From NCBI GenBank assembly GCA_951406725.2, contig OX597818.1, positions 36,518,001 to 36,582,000 on the forward strand: a stretch of 64,000 nt of DNA, read 5' to 3'. The notes under the pieces were generated by a model that saw nothing but the letters and a program-made list of their open reading frames with translations, did no database searches and had not been told where the DNA came from. Numbering within the stretch: the stretch's first letter is position 1; each line of letters starts with the position of its first letter. The DNA is from Octopus vulgaris. Taxonomy: Eukaryota. Shown here in pieces: positions 53,800 to 64,000 of the stretch. A program made the translations under genes and the position numbers.

Positions 53800-54625
53800 C
53801 CTTCTTTCAGCAGTTTCTTAACCGATATATTGTAGGTACTTTTCAATTAGTCTTTTGCTCTCGGATAAAGAATATCTTGCCTTCGAATGTCTGTAGTTCC
53901 AAATAGTACTGATTGTTGGACATTATCTTTGCCACGTTAATGTGTGTGGCAAACTGCTTAGGAATGGAGTCATCTTTAGTTTGTGTGTTCTAGACACCTG
54001 AGATTTCCAAATGGAGCTCTGAATATTTATTCATTTTCTTGTGCTTCTCCAAACAATAATGTGATCCTCTGGGATGCTTGCATTCTATGTTACATTTCCC
54101 TATCTCTTTCTCTATCACAGTGTTCCAATGTTTTCTATTACTCTCTTTTATTTCATTTTCTTTAATTCTTTAATTGCTTCAGATTCAAAGCTGCAGTCAT
54201 GCTGGGGCACCACTGTTGGCTGTGCTACACAATTATTTAAAACTTCCTGTGATAAGTCGCATTTGGGGAATGAGGGATTTTGATCCTGCTGCCCTCGGTT
54301 TTTTTCCTGCCGTGAAGTAGGCTTAATAGGAGGAAATCCATTTTTGTTTGAAGACACCTACATTGTTTTGGATTTTGTCTATGTCTTGGAATTATTTCTG
54401 ATCTAACTCGAATCTATAAGTTTTTGGTAAGTACCAATACAGATGTAAGCAGACTTTTATCATGATGTATTTTATAGTCTCTCTGTGAAGGCATTTTTTC
54501 AGATCACAGTTTCAACTTCCTTCCCCACTAAATAACTTTTCTTCACAGAGTTTTATTTAGGTGTTGTTTGTGAGCTGCATGTAGCAAGCCTTCAGTTTTC
54601 CGTTTCAGACCTCTTTTTCTTAACC
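53800..54625 (-). mobile_element. Very decayed R4/Dong-like fragment
   Basis: Minus strand near 53870-53920 reads QQSVLFGTTDIRR (QK.ALLGTA.ILR-like end). The 3' end lies near a short TTA run. Confidence 0.45.
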
Positions 54626-54770
54626 TATCCCATGATTGTTAGTTGGGTTGTTGTATCGAACTCAATCTGGTCTTGTAGGGTCTTTCTTTAAAATTTTCTT
54701 TAGATTTCCATCACGACTCTCTATCTCTCTATGTATCCCTTCCCCCTCTATCTCTCTATCTGTCTATCTA

Positions 54771-54809
<39 letters not shown>

Positions 54810-55159
54810 TTACGTTTGAAGACGACGTGCTATAGAAATATAGCATTGCCTTCTAAATAGAGGACTTGGTCTTCTGCTGAGAACTTACATACGAAATCAA
54901 GAAAATATCAACAGTCCCCTTGAAATCAACAGTCTTTATGGCTGCAGAAATACTGAATTGATTTAAGTTTTCTTTGAGTAACGACTAACAGAAGGAATCG
55001 GAAGAACTTTTAGTAGTAAGGAGCGAGAATTCATACTCGTAGTGATGATTTTGTAGCGATCACCCTATGCTCTATTGTCTTTAGAGACCAATATTATTGA
55101 CCAAGAGATGAATGGAATAATTTTTCGTGTTACAATGTATGAAAGGCAATTAAATAAAG

Positions 55160-55271
55160 CAGGTGTGGTGTGACTGCATATTAAGACACTTGCTTCACAA
55201 CCACATGGTTCCGGGTACCAAAGCCCTCTTAGTGGATTTGGTAGACGAAACCTGAAAGAAACCCGTCGTAG

Positions 55272-55315
<44 letters not shown>

Positions 55316-55441
55316 TTGTGTGTGTCTATGTGTGTATGTGTGTGTGTATGTATATATATGTATGTATTATGTATGTATGTATTATGTATGTATTATGTAT
55401 GTATGCGCGCGCATATGTGTGTGTATGTTACAACCGGTATT

Positions 55442-55476
<35 letters not shown>

Positions 55477-55632
55477 CCCCGTAATTTAGTGGTTCGGCCA
55501 AAGAGACCAATAGAATAAGCACTAGGCTTTTAAATAAAGAAATAAGTCCTGGAATCGATTTGTTCGACTAAAATCCTTCAAGGCGGTGCTGCAACACGGC
55601 CACAGTCAAATGACTGAAACAAATAAAAAGAA
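55160..55632 (+). mobile_element. SINE family A, diverged, with expanded internal microsatellite
   Basis: CAACCACATGGTTCCGGG...GTGGATTTGGTAGACG...GGCCACAGTCAAATGACTGAAAC. Confidence 0.85.
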
Positions 55633-56129
55633 AGCAACTCGCTGTATCGTGAAAACATAGGCCCTTCTTGTTTGATGAAGAGAAAAATCTTCCCCATGGG
55701 TAAATGAAATGATGCAAAGTAATGAGTTAAAACTAATCAGATAACACTATGGCGCTGGAAATTATTTTCCAAACAGGTTATTATTTTGCTACACATTTAT
55801 TATATACTGAACCAAGACAAGAAGTAATCTTTTTCTCTTGGAGCTCTTCATTGAATGAAATATTCAAATTTAATATAATGGAATAAGTATATTGTATTTA
55901 TATAAACAATTTCAATGTACTCAATAATAATTTCCTATGATGTTTATTATTTCAAAATGAAAAAAAAAATCTAACGCTTCCACAAGTAAAAACTAAATGT
56001 TTTTCTTAAGTGTAAAACAAACATTTTTCAGTCCAAACTCAATGAAATATGAATAACGGTTGTGTTTATATCAATGTATGCTAAATCATTTATGCGTATA
56101 TTATATATGGATGGACATACATACATACA

Positions 56130-57600
56130 TATAGATAGAGAGGGTGGCAGAAAGAGAGACGTTTTATTGGAAGATGCTCCCTTACAAGTTGGCAAGTAAC
56201 CAGTAATGTAACAAACCTCAAATAATCACTTGAATACGCAGAGATTAACAGAGAAACTATGTAATGAGGGACTATCCTCATAAAGAAAATATAATGAGAT
56301 ACTGCCCTCGTAAAACGATTGATTTCAGGTTTAAAAGAATCAAGACTTTATTTATTTGGGGATCGACGTGAACGCTCCATGGGATAGTAGATGAAATAAA
56401 CTACAAGAGTAAAAAGAGTTCTTACGGAAGAGGACAAGAATGTCCAAAGGATGAGAATTGGCAGAAAGGCATGTCACTCAATTACTAGTTTTATGAGGAC
56501 GCTCTAGAAAAGAAAATAAGGCAGAACAACGACCGTCGAAATATTTATAGAACAGAGATTAAAAGCAATGTTACAATAGACAGGGGCTTGCAGTTTAGGT
56601 GCAAACATGTGACCAACAATATTTGAAACTTGCTTTTGAATTCATTCAAGATGAGAAAGGATACCAACAGGGGGTCCAACCCAAATGTGACAAAATTCGA
56701 TATTTGAGTAGAGAGATAACAAAAGTCGCTTTTCAACAGGCTAGAACGAACGATGCAGATAAACAGATAAACTTTTATTGATGGATTTAGATGCAATATA
56801 AAAAAGTTTAGAAGAGCGTTTTTGCAAACGTTGACAGGAATGTGATCTGGACTAGAAACCGTATAAATATCGAGACAGGAAGTTATTTTCTCCAAGCATT
56901 CATAAGGTATACGCAAGTCAGATAAAGGATCATCACATGGAGAACAAAATTCTAGAAGGATATGATCAAACGCATCACGATTAGAAATTAGAAAATAACT
57001 AACCAAGTAGTTTCATAACCTCCTGAGAGTCCGGTTCTAAGCAATAATGGTTGTGGTTGGTACATTAGCGCTGTATATGGAGATTCTGCGTTCGGAGGTA
57101 TCTTCTTGCAGCGCTTGCTAATCAATGAAAAAATACGTTTATCGCCGAAACAGCTCTGTCGATAGTAAAGACAAAGATGTTCGTAAGAATAATGAGTCGC
57201 AAGCTGGAGAAATACTTCAGAGAAGAATAATGCTTAAATAGGTATCGCCGATAAAGAATGAAAGCCGAAGTATCATCCTGGATCTAAGATAGTACTTCAG
57301 GAGCGCAAAAATTAGCATGAAGGAAAAAAAGAAATCATCCCACGAAGTATCACGGATAAATTCTCGAAAGGAATCCCAGTTACCTTGATATTTATAAAAG
57401 CTATGAGTGAATGGAAGGTTAATGCTAGAAGGATTAAGAGGTGGGATCAATTATAAAGTGACTAGAGTTGATAAGTGGTACATTAAAGGCGAGAGAAGAA
57501 ATTCTAGGATCAAAACCAAGCAAAACTCAAGTATGAGAGGATCGTGTTTAGCAGGAACTGGATAACAACTAGAGGATCGGGTCAGTTAAGAAATTACCAA
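56130..57600 (-). mobile_element. Decayed CR1/Jockey-type LINE ORF2 fragment
   Basis: ORFs 57217-57450 (YKYQGNWDSFREFIRDTSWDD) and 56545-57006 (LDIYTVSSPDHIPVNVCKNA, a KS.GPD.IP-like motif). Confidence 0.6.
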
Positions 57601-57734
57601 AGTCTAATGATATATATGTTGAAAAACAAGAAACACCCTGTAAATTTCGTCGGAAGCAATATCAGTATGTGTGCAGTCTTAGAAGAACGTGAGTTATGAA
57701 AGAAAGGAAAGTGAGCTGTATAATGTAGAAGAGT

Positions 57735-57986
57735 GGAGACACGTGGATTTGTTGTTAGGGTGTCAGCATCATGATCGTAAGGTTGTGGTTTCGATTGCTG
57801 GACGGGGCGACGCGTTGTGTTCTCGAGCAAAACACTTCATTTCAGGTTGCTCCAGTCCACTCAGCTGGCAAAAATGAGTAACGCTGCGATGGACTGGCGT
57901 CCCGTCCAGCTGGGGAACACATACGCCATTGAAACCGGGAAACCGGGTCCATGAGCCTGGCTAGGCTTTAAAAGGGCGCAATTATT
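57735..57986 (+). mobile_element. SINE family B with perfect 15-bp TSD
   Basis: TATAATGTAGAAGAG at 57719-57733 and 57987-58001. Homologous to 22929-23165. Confidence 0.9.
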
Positions 57987-60074
57987 TATAATGTAGAAGA
58001 GCCGAAAGGGAACAAATGGAAGAATCCTCGGGTGATTTTAAACGTAAATATAACCACTAAGACCATTCATGCTGTCCATGCTGAACAGAATCTTTACGAT
58101 GAAGAAAATGACAAGCATTGAGAAAGAAATAACAGGACTCAAGTTAGTTTCACACTGAAGAATATGATGAGATAAGTTTTCTCGAAGGAAAGGCTGAACA
58201 GACAGAAAGCTACAATGAATGCTTCAAATATAAGTATAAAACAAAGTCAGAAATTTGGACGATAGATTTGTTATTTGTTTTCTCTGTATATGTGGAAGCA
58301 TTTCATATGGAGTAAAGTCGAGAGGAAAGAGGCATTCCATCAAAACGCTGAACGAAATACCTGAATACAGGTGGAAACTATGCTCAACACGTAATATCAT
58401 AAAAGGCTAACGATGTAACTCCAGGATTGCGCAACCTGACACAGCATAAACAATGGTGTTATAAAGCTGTTGATGGGGCAACCTCACAAAACTCTACATT
58501 ACTTTGCTTTTAACATAAGTACCAATTGAACACTGGGGTCGATGTGATCGAATTATTTCCCGCCCTGGAATTGCTGATTTTATTTGTGCAGAACTGGGGA
58601 AATTAAGTAAATTGCTTTCTCCAAGAACACGACGTGCCATCCCCATCAGAGATTTGAACTCCCAAACTAATGATCATAAATCAAACACTTCAACCACATG
58701 CCTCACTATAGTGTTCGTTACACTCATTCTATTACTGCATGTATGTAAGCTAATTCATAGTTTTCTTGAGTTGTCTCTCAAATATGCTTCGATTTCTAGT
58801 ATTCATATACTTGTAGTTATAAGAATGTATTTTGGTTTGTAAATTTTCTAATCTAACACAAAAATCTAGCTTATGATTAAGTTTCTTATCGTGCTTTGGC
58901 AGAGGTATTTTATAAGACAAATGACTGGCTACTAATCAAAAATTAATTGTATAACTAGTAATTAATTTGCCATATATATGTACAACTGCAACAGTATGAC
59001 TGTAGCTAAATGCTTCTTTAAATATACTATCTAATTTAGCAGGTTTTGTTTGTTATTATGCCACTAAAACTGTGCAAGAGTTTTACGAAAAGTCTACATT
59101 TTGAGTGTCCGACGCCCATTCTCAAGTATTATATTACCTTCGTATATTAGTCTTTGTCTCCTTTATTCGAATGTACATCAGCTTTTGCGTCTATTTGTAG
59201 TACTATGGCAACAAAATATCGGAAGATATAAGATAAAAGATATTTAATATCTTCTTGAAAAAAAAAAAGCGAAGACCAGTAACATCAACACAAATGAAAC
59301 AAGCAAAAGATATAGTTTACTGCAAAAACCAAACGAATAATCAGCGTAAAATTCATGAAATTATTTAGAGGGAAATACTGCAGCACAATGAAAATTACAA
59401 TAAAACTAATCATATGCTAGACTTCAGCGTAGATTAGAAAATTTAAAAACTAAAATACATTCTTGTAACTATAAGTAAGCAAATACTAAAACAACACGCA
59501 TAATTGAGAAACATCTTGACAATACTACGAATTAGCTTTCATAAATGCAGCACAAGAATATGTTTAATAAACACCACTACTATATCCTACGATGTGAATG
59601 CGTGTGATTGAGGTGGTATTTGACTCTTGATCCTTAGTTTGCGAGTTCAGTTTTTCTCATGAGCTGGCACAAACCTATATATTTCAATTTGCGACAGTCT
59701 ACACAAGTGAAATTTGTACAAGTAATACCAGAGAGAGAAACATATGGAGGGATGTTGTCCTATCCAGGTGGTAGTATTCTACTCTTGTCATATATGCACC
59801 CTGGAGATGGATTGCGTACTAAACGACTTGTAGCTCGAGGAACACTTTAAAACACCTGGGGTCTTTTGTAACAAGAGGTTGTACACAGTCTTAAAATTTA
59901 CCATGTCAAAGTTGAGTGTCTGAATGTCAATGGATATGCACGTATTTTTATTATTAATCCGCATCTTTGTTACAGTCACTTGCTGAGACACATCCAGCGT
60001 CCTGGGACGAGTGAAGGATAAGAGATGTTACAATATGACTGAAAGCTTGGGGAGGAGAGGTAGTGAAATATTTT

Positions 60075-60359
60075 CATGTAATACAACAAAGACATTTAAG
60101 TGGATAGGATTTTTCTAGGGATGTGGGCAGTACTTGTCAGTACAATCTTTTGGATTTCTCTGAGACATGGGTCTCCTGGGACCTTATCTAGATGTTTCTG
60201 ACATCCCTTTTTTTTAACATACCTAGGGCTCCTACATTAGCAGGAATAGTTCTTAATTTAATATGTCACATCTTTTGTATTTCAATTTCCAGGTCCTTAT
60301 ATTTACTTAGTTTGTGAAATTCCTTGACAGGCATATTTTTATCAGTGGGAACGCTTACA

Positions 60360-60414
<55 letters not shown>

Positions 60415-60977
60415 GTGATGAAAATTCTTATTATTTCGTTGGGTATGATGGAAAAAAGTCAGCTGTCTACAGTCAGCAAACTAAGGTGTCACTTGTTTAC
60501 TGATCATGTTTCAAGGACCTTGCGAAGAGTTCTTGCAGTTCCTAGCAATGCTGCTTTTTGTAGGTGTTCTACACTTTCACCAATGTTCAACAGATTGTTG
60601 AGTGCTAATACTTCCAAATACACCAATTACTACTGATATCAAGACTAATCCACTCACTGACCACAACCGTCGTATTTCCCACTTCAAATCGCCATAGTTG
60701 TTTATTTTTTCTTCTTTTTCGTTGATTCTGTTGTCACAAGGGCATGATATGTCGATTACCATGCATGTTCTTTCTTTTTTTTATTCACCACCACAATGCC
60801 CGCTTTCCTGTGTCTGGTAAGGTGAATGCACTGAATCATTGCATCCCACAGGATCTTGCAATTTTTACTATCGGCGATTCCTTCTGAGGTTTTCTCATAC
60901 CACGTCTTTGCTCTTTATGGGCCGTGATTTTCACAGAGCTCCCGATGGATCATTCTAGTTATATTGTTGTGGCACAC

Positions 60978-60980
<3 letters not shown>
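60075..60980 (-). mobile_element. Two different R4/Dong-like 3' fragments (~60075-60362 and ~60420-60980) separated by (TTA)n
   Basis: DVSVPTDKN...KLSKYKDLEIEIQKM...EIQKIVLTSTAHIPRK and VIDISCPCDNRINEKEEKINNYGDLKWEIRRLW...QKAALLGTARTLRKVL. Confidence 0.85.
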
Positions 60981-61008
<28 letters not shown>

Positions 61009-61069
61009 GTTATTATTATTTGTATTATTATCATCATCATCATCATTTTCATTAGCATCATCTTTCAAT

Positions 61070-62490
61070 TCTGTTTCCATTTCTTGCGGTGTGTCTTCCT
61101 GGCACCTAGGGCAGAGAAACGTAATGTATACATCGATAGGCCATTAAAACAAGCACACCAGATTGTTCATATGCAGAGTCATGTGACAGAGAAAAGGGTG
61201 AAGACAGAGAGAAAAAGGGAAAAATACAAAAGAGAAAAGTAAACAAATAAAATAAAGTAGAGAAAAGGAAAGAACATTTACAGCGACAATGCTCTTCTCA
61301 ATACGTGTGACGTACCAGTTAAGACAATTTTTTGCACTTCCTGTATGGATGGTAAGCCAGGGATCATTCTTAAATAATTTTAAGTTCTTTTTTTTTATCA
61401 TTCCAAGTGCGCCTACAATCACATGTATTGTAATCGTGTTGAAATGCCACATATTTTCGATGTCGATTAGCACATCTTTATATTTTCTGAACTTATCAAA
61501 TTCTTTTGCTGAGATATTATGGTCACATGGTATTCTCATGTCAATCAATAAACATACTTTATTGCTTTTGTTTTTCACAACAATATCTGATTTATTAGCT
61601 TTGATGGTTCGATCTATACATACTGGGAAGTCCCAAAGAATAGTTACATTTTCTCCCCCAGTTACAGCCTCAGGGTGGTGCCTGTACCATTTGCCAGCAG
61701 TTTTGATTTTATAATGCCGACACAATATCCATTGTAGATATTGGCCAACTCTGTCATGTTTTGATCTGTACTCTACAGTGCTAAAATCTTACATCCAGAG
61801 ATTAGGTGGTCCACTGTTTCTATTCCCTCGTTGCAATATTGGCCCTTTGGATCTATATCATTTTTCACCACGTTAGCTTGATAGTTCCAGGTCAATAATC
61901 TCTGATCTTGGGCAGCCAAGATCAAGTTTTCACTCTCTGCCTTTAGCCCTGAGTTCCGTAGCCACTGATGGTTGTGCTTCTGGTCTACATCAGCTTCTTT
62001 GCTACGGGCCACATATTTGGCATGCAGAGGTTTTTTATTCCCACCCATCAGCCAATTGTTCAAACGCATTTTACTTCGCTATTGATTTCACATTATTTAC
62101 AGCTATAGTTGATGCACTTCTTTCATGCTGTTCAACCTGGGTATTATACATAAACCCATTTGAAAATTTTTTGCTCATCTTCATAACAGAATGTAATTTC
62201 TTACGTCTTTCATGGTTTTCAACGAGCTTTAACATCCAGTCGTTAGATGTTTCAAGATATTTTTCCAGTCCAATTGTGGTGGTTATATAGGAGATTTCAA
62301 ATTGGATCAAGCCTCGACCTCCTTGAGGTCTGGGTAGGTAAAGACTATCTGCGTCAGGCTTTGGGCGGTGCATCCTTTTGTAAGTGAGCAGCTTACGGAT
62401 TTTCCTGTTAATCTTCCTTATTTCGCTCATATCTCAGTTCAACACAATGAAACAGTAAATTACAGCAGGAACTGCTAAGGAATTTATAGC
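61070..62490 (-). mobile_element. Longest R4/Dong-like fragment: post-RT region, CCHC knuckle and restriction-like endonuclease
   Basis: ORFs 62071-62430 (LYLPRPQGGRGLI), 61773-62069 (ILAAQDQ...YCNEGIETVDHLISGC) and 61144-61725 (ILWDFPV...KANKSDIVV...LIDMRIPCD...KYKD). Confidence 0.9.
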
Positions 62491-62563
<73 letters not shown>

Positions 62564-62615
62564 CATCATCATTATTAATATTATTATTATTATTATCATT
62601 ATTATTATTATTATT

Positions 62616-62975
62616 GAGTGAGAGAGCAGTGCATGCCATCAAAGTGACACTGGGTTTAAATATACGAAGCCCAGTATACCCATTATGACTACCCGTCTGA
62701 TATGGGTACACCAGGCACATGCATCACAACCAAATGTGCGCGACATCGTGATCTCATATCAAGATAAACAGCACATGACCTTGCAGGTGGGGCCCAGTTA
62801 GAATTTTTTTCTGGTCGAGTAGCCCATCCTGCTCAAAAGGTCCTTGAATAAGGGCTGTTAAAGGATGTTGAACTAAGCACCCATGTTTCCAAAGGTGAAT
62901 TATCTAAATCCCAAAGAATTCCTCTCAACACATGGCTATGATGCTCCCCCACTACTTCTGCTCGTGATCAGAGAT
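62616..62975 (-). mobile_element. 5'-truncated copy of the ~555-bp (TAA)n retroposon
   Basis: Matches 46666-47025 and is flanked by (TTA)n. Confidence 0.9.
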
Positions 62976-63002
62976 ATTATTATTGTTATTATTATTATTA
63001 TA

Positions 63003-63115
<113 letters not shown>

Positions 63116-63120
63116 CATTA

Positions 63121-63445
<325 letters not shown>

Positions 63446-64000
63446 TGCTGGCGTAACATGATACTTAAATTTTATAAATAACATCTAAAATATTTTGATA
63501 TAATTATTAGAATTTGCTGTTAATTTTGTTTCCTGAAAATCATTATTTATAATTTGTAAGAATATTACTTCTGGAAATTGTTGCTATGTGTGACTTAAAA
63601 TGTCTCACAGTAAGAATTTAATTTCCTTGATGTGTGATCCAAATTTTAATCTCAGTTCCCTGTTATCCATAACCGAAGTAGCTACGATGCTATTGAATGT
63701 CAGTCCAAGGAACTGAATCCATTTCTTACATAAACTGGTAATACCAATGTTCTCCTCTGCTTATTCGCTATTAAAAACTATATTTATGGGATATAGTGAC
63801 CTTATGATATTTACATCACTTACGTAGTAACCGAAAAGCATTAACTGAAAGGACGTAGTACACTATAAGAGCAGCACAATATAGGTACTGTGTAGTGGGG
63901 GAGTAGACTGCATGGCCACTTAGTTTAAATTTACAATTTGATCCTTGATTTCCCCTAGCAGAGCTCACGGCTCCAGATCATACTGTTTACACTGGCTGTC

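Noticed and set aside
63824-63975. Minus-strand signal-peptide-like frame (YLYCAALIVYYVLSVNA) before a GTAAGT donor
   Set aside because: No in-frame ATG or convincing acceptor follows the upstream stop, and it is at the window edge.

Overview
AT-rich, microsatellite-saturated animal genomic DNA with no recognisable intact host gene, so probably a large intron or intergenic region. The SINE families and repeat landscape resemble an octopus genome (my recognition, not a database result). Almost all supplied ORFs are microsatellite translations. Real content: decayed non-LTR retrotransposons (CR1-group RT; many R4/Dong-like RT and restriction-like endonuclease fragments stacked in (TAA)n tracts), three SINE families, decayed DNA transposons (Tigger/pogo, hAT, Tc1-mariner, Chapaev3-like, MITEs, a Helitron-like element), and a non-coding ~555-bp (TAA)n-associated retroposon. 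The strongest unexplained signal is a dozen or so type I hammerhead-ribozyme (HHR) motifs, intact and decayed, from several unrelated sequence families, mostly in or near (TA)n tracts. Four loci hold head-to-head inverted pairs. These include a ~1.9-kb palindrome of ~591-bp tandem HHR-bearing units (49061-50927) and a perfect 62-bp-arm palindrome made of two HHRs (43691-43820). All structures were folded by eye and coordinates of decayed elements are approximate.
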